Shown: piece after piece, positions 39,407-48,024 of the stretch
Numbering within the stretch: position 1 is the stretch's first letter
How the letters are laid out: every line of letters starts with the position of its first letter
Origin: Flavobacteriales bacterium
GTDB taxonomy: Bacteria > Bacteroidota > Bacteroidia > Flavobacteriales_D > CAJJDF01
Direction of reading: 5' to 3'
Length of the DNA: 64,000 nucleotides
Assembly: GCA_018609055.1 (NCBI GenBank)
Contig: JABAYJ010000005.1
Coordinates: forward strand, 135,200 to 199,199
Made by a program: the position numbers and the translations under genes
Notes under the pieces: model-generated
What the model was told of the DNA's origin: nothing
What the model saw: only the letters and a program-made list of their open reading frames with translations
The model's database searches: none

Positions 39407-40580
39407 AGCAATCTTAAATAAAGAGGTTCAAAAATTTATAGATGTAAATTTACGCCTTGATACAAATAGATTGATGCTTAAGAAGCCTATTTTTATTGAG
39501 GTGTCGAACAAAGAGCTTGCTGAGCAGATAAGTGCTAAACTAAAGTGTAAAGATAAATTACCGACTTGGTTTGGACTAGAAAATGGATTGTTTCCAGTTA
39601 AAATTTCTATTGAACAAACATCTTCTGAGGAAACAGCTAAGTATAAGTCGAGCTTAATTTCTGGGAAAAACATTGTTGATTTAACTGGCGGATTTGGAGT
39701 AGATGATTTTTACTTTTCATCAAATTTTGACTTATTAATTCATTGCGAATTGAATCCAGAATTATCAGAAATTACCGAACATAATTTTAAAGAATTAGGA
39801 GTAGGGAATTGTACTTTTATTCAAGGAGATGGATTGGTTTTTTTACAAAATTCAGAAGAGAAATTTGACTGGATTTATTTAGATCCATCTCGAAGAAGTG
39901 AAATAAAAGGAAAGGTGTTTTTGTTGAAAGATTGCTTGCCCAATGTTCCAGATAATTTGGAATTACTTTTTTCAAAATCTAATAATGTAATGATGAAAAC
40001 ATCTCCTTTGGTAGATATTTCTCAGGGAATATCTGAGCTAAAAGGAGTGAAAGAAATTCATGTAGTTGCAGTTAAAAATGAGGTGAAAGAATTGCTTTGG
40101 ATTCTGGAAAAAGAGTGTTCAGGAGATATTTTAATTAAAACTGTAAACTTAATTGGAGAGGATAAACAAGAGTTTGAATTTGTATTATCAAGCGAAGGCA
40201 ATCAAGATCCAAAATACTCACTTCCTTTAAATTATTTATACGAACCTAATTCTGCAATTCTTAAATCGGGGGCTTTTAATCAGGTTTCAGTTCAATTGGA
40301 ATTATTCAAACTTAACAAGCACTCGCATCTTTACACAAGCCAAGATTTAATTCCTTTTCCAGGACGAAGTTTTGAAATTAAGGAAGTAGTCCCATTTCAA
40401 AAAAAGGTGCTTAAAAAACGCTTTGGAGAAAGTAAAGCCAATATTACAATTCGTAATTTCCCCAAGAAAGTGGATGAGCTAAGAAAAGATTTAAATATAA
40501 AAGATGGAGGAGATGTCTATTTGTTTTTCACAACTAATAGAACAGGGGAGAAGGTTTGTTTGGTTTGTGGGAAAGTTTAG
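39399..40580 (+). CDS. Class I SAM-dependent methyltransferase (Tgs1/RNA-cap-guanine-N2-MTase-like core)
   Basis: 393 aa. DLTGGFGVDDFYFS (SAM motif I) and IYLDPSRR. The start overlaps the recQ stop by 8 nt. Confidence 0.7.
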   Translation: MNKAILNKEVQKFIDVNLRLDTNRLMLKKPIFIEVSNKELAEQISAKLKCKDKLPTWFGLENGLFPVKISIEQTSSEETAKYKSSLISGKNIVDLTGGFGVDDFYFSSNFDLLIHCELNPELSEITEHNFKELGVGNCTFIQGDGLVFLQNSEEKFDWIYLDPSRRSEIKGKVFLLKDCLPNVPDNLELLFSKSNNVMMKTSPLVDISQGISELKGVKEIHVVAVKNEVKELLWILEKECSGDILIKTVNLIGEDKQEFEFVLSSEGNQDPKYSLPLNYLYEPNSAILKSGAFNQVSVQLELFKLNKHSHLYTSQDLIPFPGRSFEIKEVVPFQKKVLKKRFGESKANITIRNFPKKVDELRKDLNIKDGGDVYLFFTTNRTGEKVCLVCGKV

Positions 40581-40617
40581 AGAATCAACCAATCTCAAAG
40601 CTTCTTTTCGAAACAAA

Positions 40618-41264
40618 CTATTCTTTTTTTAATGTATGAATATCGATTATCAATTGATTAACCGCAGTTTTGTTCAATCCATTATAAATACCTCTTATGT
40701 GTTTGTTCTTATCAATCAAAACAAAGTTTTCGGTATGCAGAAAATCATCATTGTCTTTATTTACCCCTAAATCTTCTTCCACATATTAATCCTTTCTTCC
40801 GAGTTTGTAAATTTCTTCTTTTGAGCCAGTAACCAGGTGCCATTTACCAGAAATAATTTCTTGGGTGTTGGCATATTCTTTTAAGACTGATACTGAATCT
40901 CTATCCGGAGTTACTGAGTGCTATAGTAATAGGATCTTATCATCATCAATGAATTCATCTTGCAATAATTTCATGTTATGTGTCATTTTTGGACAAATAC
41001 CTCCGCATGAAGTAAAAAAAAATCTGTCACATATATTTTTCCATCAAAAGTTTCTTGGGTTACAAATTCTCCGTCTTGATTTTGAAATTTGAAAGGAGAA
41101 ATTTGATGAAATGAATTAGGCATTTCATCTTCATTTGCAAACCAATGAGGAGTATAAGTTTCTTCGCTATAAAAAGGAAGTTTATCTACTCTACTTTTAT
41201 TTTTTGATTCTTCTTGACATGACAACAATGCTAACAGCATAGTAAATACAATAATCTTATTCAT
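40618..41264 (-). pseudogene. SCO1/SenC-family thiol-disulfide (copper chaperone) lipoprotein gene, disrupted
   Basis: The N-terminal segment (track ORF 40983..41264, lipobox LLSC) ends in ...YVTDFF. A frameshift in the 9-nt homopolymer at 41014..41022 leads into TSCGGICPKMT (the SCO CxxxCP motif) in another frame. In-frame TAG (40921..40923) and TAA (40786..40788) follow. The frame then reads to a TAG at 40618..40620 (...HLVTGSKEEIYKLGRKD*YVEEDLG...FVLIDKNKHIRGIYNG...). Confidence 0.85.
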
Positions 41265-41886
41265 TATTTTTTATTTTTTGATCCTCTAGTCCATAACAAA
41301 GTGATGCTTTTCTTAAACCAAATGTCCTTCCGTTTTTCGCTTCATAATTTGCGAAAATCACACCATTTTGTCTAAATGCCTTCTGAATTCCATTTTCCTT
41401 CCCCATTTCAAAATTCAAAATTTTATTAATCTCACCTGTTGGATACCATTTTTTTTGCTCTCCATTAAGTTTGCCATTGGTATATCTGAGATACGACAGA
41501 AGTGTGTGTGAAGAATCTGAGCTCCAATCTTTTTTCTCACCATGTAATTTCCCTTCATAAAAATTTGCAGAGCTTTTTAAAACTCCGTTATCAAACCATT
41601 CTAGCCACTCATTTTGTGAACCACCATTTAGTATTCCAAATTTTTTGACAAGGTTTCCTTTTTCATTTTTTGCGATAGCATATCCCGAAAAATCATTTCC
41701 ATCCTTAAGCCACTTTGATATTTTATTATCATAAAAGAGTAAAGAAATATTAATAACGGTATCAGGAACTTTTAAAACAACAAAATCTCCTGAGGTATTA
41801 ACTTCAGGAGATTTTTGTTCACTATTATTACAGCTACCTAAAATAAGGATTAAACCAATTAATTTAAAATAACTTTTTACTATCAT
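41257..41886 (-). CDS. MORN-repeat (YwqK-family) lipoprotein
   Basis: 209 aa, intact. Lipobox ILGSCNN. Repeated G-x-hG-x-W/K MORN-variant units (FYEGKLHGEKKDW, NGKLNGEQKKWYPTGE). The stop overlaps the SCO pseudogene start by 8 nt. Confidence 0.75.
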   Translation of the reverse strand: MIVKSYFKLIGLILILGSCNNSEQKSPEVNTSGDFVVLKVPDTVINISLLFYDNKISKWLKDGNDFSGYAIAKNEKGNLVKKFGILNGGSQNEWLEWFDNGVLKSSANFYEGKLHGEKKDWSSDSSHTLLSYLRYTNGKLNGEQKKWYPTGEINKILNFEMGKENGIQKAFRQNGVIFANYEAKNGRTFGLRKASLCYGLEDQKIKNNE

Positions 41887-41895
41887 AAATAAAGG

Positions 41896-42685
41896 TTAAA
41901 GTATTCCGTTTGGAACACCTTGTAAGTCTACACCAAATAACACGATATAGGTTCCAGTATAATATTCATTAATAATGTGGTAGTGATAAAATGAACAACC
42001 GTCACTATGTTGAGTTGTTGATTTATGTCCTCCAGAAGCATCTAAATCTGTTGGGTATGCTCCTGTAGAATTACATTTTCTTCCGTATAAAAGAAATCCA
42101 TCTTCTAAAATACTATTAAGTGCATCATCATCATGAGATAGTACTGTGTTTTCAGTAACATTTGAAGATTCTACATGATAATGATAACCAGTTGGTCTAC
42201 TATGTCCGCCTGCATAATCAAAACCTGATGCAACTTGTGCAGTTAATGCTCCCATACCTTCTTCATCATTAAATATAGGCACTCCAGTTACAGCAATTCA
42301 TATTGCTCCTAATCCTGTAGAGGAAGTTGAAGAAGCTTTTCCTGGAGAAGCAGGTACAGTTAAAGTATAACTTCCGCTAGTTATTTCTCCTGGTGACATT
42401 GAGCTTGCAGTTGCAACTACAGGCGAAATGTATAAACTATTTGTTGTTGCCCAATAAGGAGATGTATGATTAGGAAGAGCATTCGATACAATAGTAACGT
42501 CATCCCCACTATATGAAATTGTTACTGAAGCAGTATTAAATTCATCAAAAGCTTTTGTAGGTGTTGGGCAATCACTTACTACAGTAGTAGAAGTGCACTC
42601 TTCGGTTTCATCAGTTTTTTTTACAAGAAAATGCTACAGCACAACTTAGTATTGTAACTAAAAATAGGTTTTTATTGATTTTCAT
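41896..42685 (-). pseudogene. YHYH-domain lipoprotein gene, disrupted
   Basis: The ATG at 42685 gives MKINKNLFLVTILSCAVAFSCKK, then a frameshift in the 8-nt homopolymer at 42615..42622. The other frame reads TDETEECTS...SNALPNHTSPYW...GLGAI, then an in-frame TGA (42298..42300), then IAVTGVPIFNDEEG...GYHYHVES...FYHYHIINEYY (the track ORF 41896..42282 is the tail). Confidence 0.85.
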
Positions 42686-42731
42686 ATTATTTCTTTTAGA
42701 AGTTTTGTTTTCTTATTGGTTTGACGACAGA

Positions 42732-42739
42732 CAAAAATA
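42732..42739 (-). promoter_or_regulatory. Candidate -7 box (TATTTTTG on the minus strand) for the YHYH-MORN-SCO operon
   Basis: The plus-strand CAAAAATA reads TATTTTTG on the minus strand (TAnnTTTG). It lies 47 nt upstream of the ATG at 42685. Motif match only. Confidence 0.3.
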
Positions 42740-42763
42740 AATCCTTCTTAAATATACTTTTTC

Positions 42764-42912
42764 TTATTTAGTGAACCTCAAAGCTTCTTTTCTGACAGGA
42801 GTTGGAAGTCCTATTAATTGAAATTTATTTTGAGATAGATCTCTAATTTTTTAGCAATATTTCTGTCTTGATGTTGTGTAAACTGATGAGTTAATTGAGA
42901 AACACAATCCAT
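42764..42912 (-). pseudogene. N-terminal remnant of a DNA alkylation repair (AlkD-like HEAT-repeat glycosylase) gene
   Basis: Minus-strand ATG at 42912: MDCVSQLTHQFTQHQDRNIAKKLEIYLK, then a 1-nt frameshift, then NKFQLIGLPTPVRKEALRFTK*. The pattern parallels the AlkD N-terminus (...HFTAHQNPEKAEPMARYMKNHFLFLGIQTPERRQLLK). The remaining roughly 180 codons are absent. Confidence 0.6.
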
Positions 42913-42917
42913 CCTTT

Positions 42918-43547
42918 CTACTTTTTATACTCCTCAATATTTACTTCCTTCTCACAAAAGAAAGATTCGTCCTTTTGATTGTTAGACGCTACTAATACAA
43001 TTCTATTTTCAAGATTGTTTTTTATCAGATTTTGGTACCAATCAATTGCATTTTTATCTAGGTTAGACGTAGGTTCATCTAATAACAAAATAGGGCAATC
43101 GGAAAGTATTGCCAATCCCAGTTTTACTCTTTGTTTCATTCCAGAAGAAAAATTCTTTATAGCTTTTTCTTTAGTTTTTTCTAATTCAATGATTGAGATA
43201 AATTCTTTGTAATCAATCCCATTTTTTAATGGTTTTAATTGGCAATAAAAGTTGAATAATTCTTGAATCGTATATTCATCAAACACATCAATATAGGGGG
43301 CTGCGTAAGAAACTTGCTTATAAATAAGTTCAGGAGATACAACATGTTTTAGCTTATCGTTTTGATAGATTATAGTTCCTTCTGATGGAGTTTCGAATCC
43401 CGAAATAGTTTTAAGGAGTGTAGATTTCCCCGAACCATTAGATCCAGAAATCACATAGGAAGAAGGCGATTTTATTTCAAGAGACAAATTTCTGAAAATC
43501 CACTCACGGTTGTACTTTTTGCCAGTGTCTTCAAGTGTAATTTTCAT
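42918..43547 (-). CDS. ABC transporter ATP-binding protein
   Basis: 209 aa. Walker A GSNGSGKST, signature FSSGMKQR, Walker B ILLLDEP. Confidence 0.9.
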   Translation of the reverse strand: MKITLEDTGKKYNREWIFRNLSLEIKSPSSYVISGSNGSGKSTLLKTISGFETPSEGTIIYQNDKLKHVVSPELIYKQVSYAAPYIDVFDEYTIQELFNFYCQLKPLKNGIDYKEFISIIELEKTKEKAIKNFSSGMKQRVKLGLAILSDCPILLLDEPTSNLDKNAIDWYQNLIKNNLENRIVLVASNNQKDESFFCEKEVNIEEYKK

Positions 43548-43556
43548 GAAATGAAA

Positions 43557-44333
43557 TTAATTAAATCCTCTCATTATTCCTTTTGTTTCACTGTTAATGA
43601 AATCAAGAATTTCTGTTTTTTCCTTTGAGTTAGGAAGTTCAATATCGGCAATTTTAAGGGCTTGTGTTATGTTTTTGTTCTGAACATAAACAACTCTGTA
43701 TACATCTTCAATATTGGTTACTTGCTCATTTGTATACCCTCTTCTTCTTAATCCGATAGAGTTTACTCCAACATAAGAAATAGGCTCTCTAGCGGCTTTC
43801 ACGTATGGAGGAACACTTTTTCTTACCATACTTCCACCAGCTACAAAAGCATGATGTCCAATTCTTGTGAATTGCTGTACACCAACCATTCCTTCAATAA
43901 TTGCCCAATCTCCAATAGTTACATGCCCCGCAATATTTACTGAGTTTGCAACTACACAATTGTCACCCATAATGGTATCGTGACCAAAATGTGAATAAGC
44001 CATAACTAAACAATTGTTTCCAATTTTGGTAGTCATCATATCAACTGTGCCTCTGTTAATTGTTACGCATTCTCTTATTGTAGTATTATCTCCAATTATT
44101 ACGGTTGTATCTTCTCCTGCAAATTTTAAATCTTGAGGAATTGCAGATATTACTGCGCCAGGAAAAATCTTGCAATTTTTTCCAATTCGCGCTCCACTCA
44201 TAATCACTGCACCAGGACCAATCCAAGTTCCGCTCCCAATCTCTACATTGTCTCCAATAGTAGCAAAAGGTTCTATAATTGCATCAGATGCAATCTTCGC
44301 ATTAGGATGTATGTTTGCTTGAGGATTACTCAT
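43557..44333 (-). CDS. lpxA: Acyl-ACP--UDP-N-acetylglucosamine O-acyltransferase
   Basis: 258 aa. Hexapeptide-repeat left-handed beta-helix plus LpxA C-terminal domain. Sits in an lpxD-lpxC/fabZ-lpxA context. Confidence 0.93.
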   Translation of the reverse strand: MSNPQANIHPNAKIASDAIIEPFATIGDNVEIGSGTWIGPGAVIMSGARIGKNCKIFPGAVISAIPQDLKFAGEDTTVIIGDNTTIRECVTINRGTVDMMTTKIGNNCLVMAYSHFGHDTIMGDNCVVANSVNIAGHVTIGDWAIIEGMVGVQQFTRIGHHAFVAGGSMVRKSVPPYVKAAREPISYVGVNSIGLRRRGYTNEQVTNIEDVYRVVYVQNKNITQALKIADIELPNSKEKTEILDFINSETKGIMRGFN

Positions 44334-44335
44334 AA

Positions 44336-45742
44336 TTAACTATTTTTTTCTTTAACGATTTGTGCTAACATTTCTGCTTCAGAAACTACCACACCATTAA
44401 CGTAAGCCTTTCCTTTCATGTTTACTAATCCTCTTCTAATAGGACTTATTAATTCTAAGTCAAATACAATAGTATCACCCGGCATAACTTTCTTTTTATA
44501 CCTAACGTTATCAATTTTAAGGAAGTAAGTAGAGTAGTTTTCTGGATCTTCAACTTGGTTAAGTGCAAATACACCACCTGTTTGTGCCATTGCTTCAATT
44601 TGCAATACACCAGGCATAACTGGGTTACCAGGAAAATGTCCTTGGAAAAATGGCTCGTTTAGCGTTACGTTTTTAACTCCAACAATACCATTATCAGATA
44701 TTTCCATAATTTTGTCTATCAACAAAAATGGGTATCTGTGAGGAATCATATTCGATATATCATTGATATCAAAAAGTGGGTCTTTGGTTAAATCAAAGTG
44801 CTTTCTTTTGTCATTTTTCTCTTCATGCATTTTAGCTTTCAGAAGTTTTCCAAATTCAGTGTTACCATAATGACCGGGTCTTGCACTTAAGATATGTCCT
44901 TTAATTCTTCTTCCAACTAAGGCTAAATCTCCTACTATATCCAATAGCTTGTGTCTTGCAGGTTCGTTAGGGAATCTAAGTTTTGTTGTGTTCAACACAC
45001 CAATTCCATCTAGTTTTATTTCTAAATCTTCTTTACCAAGTAATGTTCTTAGTTTAGTTATTTCTTCTTCTGAGATGTTTTCTCTTTCAACAAGAACAAT
45101 AGCATTATTTAAATCACCTCCTTTTATTAGCCCATTACTGGCTAAATATTCTAATTCTCTTAAGAAAACGAAAGTTCTACAAGTAGATATCTCTTCTTTA
45201 AAATTAGCTAATTTCATCATAGAAGCATGCTGAGTTCCAAGTGCAGGAGAACCATAATCTACCATTACGGTAATTCTATAATTTTCATCTGGTACGGCAA
45301 GAAATTCTATTCCTTTGTCTGCTACTTCAAACTTTATCGTGTCTTTTATTATAAAATAATCTCTTTGTTTGTCTTGGTCTTCAATTCCAGCTTTTTCAAT
45401 TGCGTCAATAAACATTCTAGCACTTCCATCCATTATTGGAATTTCTGGCCCGTCAACTTGAATAATTGCATTATCTATTCCTGTTGAATAAATTCCTGCT
45501 AAACAGTGCTCAGTAGTATGGATTTTTGCTCCATTTTGTTCCAGAGTTGTTCCTCTTTGAGTTTCTGTAACACGAGATACATCTGCATCAATCATTGGCT
45601 GCCCTTCCAAATCCATTCTTTGGAATTTGTAACCGTGATTTGCAGGTGCAGGCAAAATACTTAATGTAGTTTTTACACCAGTATGTAATCCAATTCCTTC
45701 AAGAGTAATTGCAGATTTTATAGTTTTTTGATTGTCAGTCAT
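44336..45742 (-). CDS. lpxC/fabZ: Bifunctional UDP-3-O-acyl-GlcNAc deacetylase / 3-hydroxyacyl-ACP dehydratase
   Basis: 468 aa. N-terminal LpxC (GIGLHTG, TTEHCLA) fused to C-terminal FabZ (HRYPFLLIDK, FFQGHFPGNPVMPGVL). This fusion is characteristic of Bacteroidota. Confidence 0.95.
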   Translation of the reverse strand: MTDNQKTIKSAITLEGIGLHTGVKTTLSILPAPANHGYKFQRMDLEGQPMIDADVSRVTETQRGTTLEQNGAKIHTTEHCLAGIYSTGIDNAIIQVDGPEIPIMDGSARMFIDAIEKAGIEDQDKQRDYFIIKDTIKFEVADKGIEFLAVPDENYRITVMVDYGSPALGTQHASMMKLANFKEEISTCRTFVFLRELEYLASNGLIKGGDLNNAIVLVERENISEEEITKLRTLLGKEDLEIKLDGIGVLNTTKLRFPNEPARHKLLDIVGDLALVGRRIKGHILSARPGHYGNTEFGKLLKAKMHEEKNDKRKHFDLTKDPLFDINDISNMIPHRYPFLLIDKIMEISDNGIVGVKNVTLNEPFFQGHFPGNPVMPGVLQIEAMAQTGGVFALNQVEDPENYSTYFLKIDNVRYKKKVMPGDTIVFDLELISPIRRGLVNMKGKAYVNGVVVSEAEMLAQIVKEKNS

Positions 45743-45754
45743 AGTAAGTTTCTT

Positions 45755-46786
45755 TTAGTTGGATAGCTTTTTTTCTAACTCATCCACTTTTCTTTTAAGG
45801 TCTGGTAAACCTCTGTAAACAACATAAGATCTTTTGTAATCTCCTATTGGAAATGCTGGTGATCCTTGTAATATTTGTCCTTTTTCGGTAATAGCATGCC
45901 CAACTCCAGATTGTGCAGCAATTTTTACTTCATCAGCAATAGTTATGTGACCCACAATTCCTACTTGCCCACCAATCATACAGTTTTTACCAATTTTGGT
46001 TGATCCTGCAATTCCAGTTTGAGCCGCAATTACTGTGTTTTCACCAATCTCTACATTATGAGCTACTTGAATTAAATTGTCCAATTTCACTCCTTTTCTT
46101 ATTATTGTTGAGCCAAGAGTAGCTCTATCTATAGTTGTGTTCGATCCAATTTCAACATGGTCTTCTAAAATCGCGTTACCAATCTGTGGTACTTTGCTAT
46201 AATTTCCATTTCTATTTGGAACAAATCCAAATCCATCTCCACCAATAATTACACCTGAATGTAGTGTGCAAGATTTTCCAATAAGGCAATCAGAGTATAC
46301 TCTTACTCCAGCAAAAAACATGCAGTCATCTCCAATTTTCACATTGTCTCCAATATAAGAGTTTGGATAAACATGGACATTATTACCTATTGTAACATTG
46401 TCTCCAATAGAGCAGTTAGCACCAATGTATACTTCTTCACCAATAGTTGCCGAATCTGAAATATAACTACTTGGATGAATTCCTGATTTTTTTCTTTTTA
46501 CTTGATTGTAAATTTCCAATAATTTAGCAAAGGCTGCTTGTGCACTTTCAACTTTTATTAGAGTACAAGTGTTAGGAATACTTTTACTGGGCTCAAAACT
46601 TTTATCTACAATAACAATAGAAGCCCCAGTTGTATAAAGGTATTCTTCGTATTTTAAGTTTGATAAAAACGAAAGGGTATTTGGTTGACCTTCCTCTATT
46701 TTTGATAGGTTGTTTACAGAAATATTTTCGTTTCCTACAACAGTACCTTCAAGTAAACCAGCTATTTGTGATGCTATAAAATCCAT
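45755..46786 (-). CDS. lpxD: UDP-3-O-(3-hydroxyacyl)glucosamine N-acyltransferase
   Basis: 343 aa. LpxD N-domain followed by hexapeptide repeats. Operon context. Confidence 0.93.
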   Translation of the reverse strand: MDFIASQIAGLLEGTVVGNENISVNNLSKIEEGQPNTLSFLSNLKYEEYLYTTGASIVIVDKSFEPSKSIPNTCTLIKVESAQAAFAKLLEIYNQVKRKKSGIHPSSYISDSATIGEEVYIGANCSIGDNVTIGNNVHVYPNSYIGDNVKIGDDCMFFAGVRVYSDCLIGKSCTLHSGVIIGGDGFGFVPNRNGNYSKVPQIGNAILEDHVEIGSNTTIDRATLGSTIIRKGVKLDNLIQVAHNVEIGENTVIAAQTGIAGSTKIGKNCMIGGQVGIVGHITIADEVKIAAQSGVGHAITEKGQILQGSPAFPIGDYKRSYVVYRGLPDLKRKVDELEKKLSN

Positions 46787-46880
46787 TGTAGCAAATGTAA
46801 GAATAATATTAGTATTTAGAAGTTGTAATTAACTCGACTAATAACAATGGAATGTTGAAATAAAAGTGGCTTTAATTTCT

Positions 46881-47282
46881 TTAAATCATTACTCCTAATT
46901 CATTGACTATTGGTACGTTTATGGAATTGAAATGAGAAATAGATTCGGCAAGGAAAATATACTTTTTGTCGTACATTTTTTTGTCGATATAAAAACTCAA
47001 CCAAAACTCGTTACTCAAAGCAAATAATCCTTCTGGCAATTCTTCAATTTTCTTGAATGATTTAGGTTCTACTTCATCTAAAGAATGACGGAAAGTAGCC
47101 GTTTTTTTATGCTCTCCTTTTATTTCGCCATATCCACGAGTAGAAACCAAAACCCCTTCTAGTTTTTCATTTCTATTATTGATTAAATAGGATACCCATT
47201 CGGTTTCATCAAATTCATTTTTACGACCTACTATAGCAATATAAACGTCTTTTACTTCTGGTTGAATTATGTCTTTTTTCAT
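46881..47282 (-). CDS. Hypothetical 133-aa protein
   Basis: Clean ORF between lipB and lpxD on the same strand. No motif recognised. Confidence 0.45.
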   Translation of the reverse strand: MKKDIIQPEVKDVYIAIVGRKNEFDETEWVSYLINNRNEKLEGVLVSTRGYGEIKGEHKKTATFRHSLDEVEPKSFKKIEELPEGLFALSNEFWLSFYIDKKMYDKKYIFLAESISHFNSINVPIVNELGVMI

Positions 47283-47306
47283 AAAAATATTAAGGGGGGT
47301 AATGGG

Positions 47307-48020
47307 CTATTTCACCACATCAAAATCAAATAAATTAGACAGATTCACTAATAATTTTTTCTTTACTTCAGTGATGTCAATTTCTTTGCCAAGTTCATTT
47401 TGCATAGAGGTAACTGCTTTATCATCAATGCCACATGGTACTATGTTTTTAAATAAAGATAAATCGGTATTTACATTAAAAGCAAATCCATGCATAGTAA
47501 CCCATCTGCTGCATTTTACACCAAGAGCACAAATTTTTCTTGATTTTATTGGGTCATCAATATCAAGCCAAACTCCTGTTAATCCATCAATTCTTCCAGA
47601 TTTAATCCCGTATTCTTCTAATGTAAGAATTACAGCTTCTTCAATAAATCTTAAGTATTTATGTATGTCAGTAAAGAAATTATCTAAATCAAAAATTGGG
47701 TAACCAACTATTTGCCCCGGGCCGTGATAAGTAATATCACCTCCACGATTTATTTTATGATAGGATATATTGTTTTCCTCTAGTTGAGTGGAATTCATCA
47801 ATAAATGAGATTCTTTTCCGCTTTTGCCTAAAGTATATACATGTGGATGTTCACAGAAGATTAAATGGTTTTTTGTTGTTTCAACCTCTAATCCTTGATC
47901 TTTTTTTTTGCGATTTACCGATTTTACAGCTATAGTTTTTTCAAAAATCTTAGTTTGATAATCCCAAGCTTCTTGATATTCTATTAAGCCTAAATCTTCA
48001 AATGTTATATTTTTATTCAC
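47307..48020 (-). CDS. lipB: Lipoyl(octanoyl) transferase
   Basis: 237 aa. RGGDITYHGPGQ and KICALGV motifs of LipB. Confidence 0.93.
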   Translation of the reverse strand: MNKNITFEDLGLIEYQEAWDYQTKIFEKTIAVKSVNRKKKDQGLEVETTKNHLIFCEHPHVYTLGKSGKESHLLMNSTQLEENNISYHKINRGGDITYHGPGQIVGYPIFDLDNFFTDIHKYLRFIEEAVILTLEEYGIKSGRIDGLTGVWLDIDDPIKSRKICALGVKCSRWVTMHGFAFNVNTDLSLFKNIVPCGIDDKAVTSMQNELGKEIDITEVKKKLLVNLSNLFDFDVVK

Positions 48021-48024
48021 AGGA

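Noticed and set aside
40865-41092. 75-aa plus-strand ORF in the decayed island
   Set aside because: It is antisense to the SCO pseudogene, and its sequence is unrecognisable. The opposite strand explains the region through the SCO CxxxCP motif and conserved downstream blocks.
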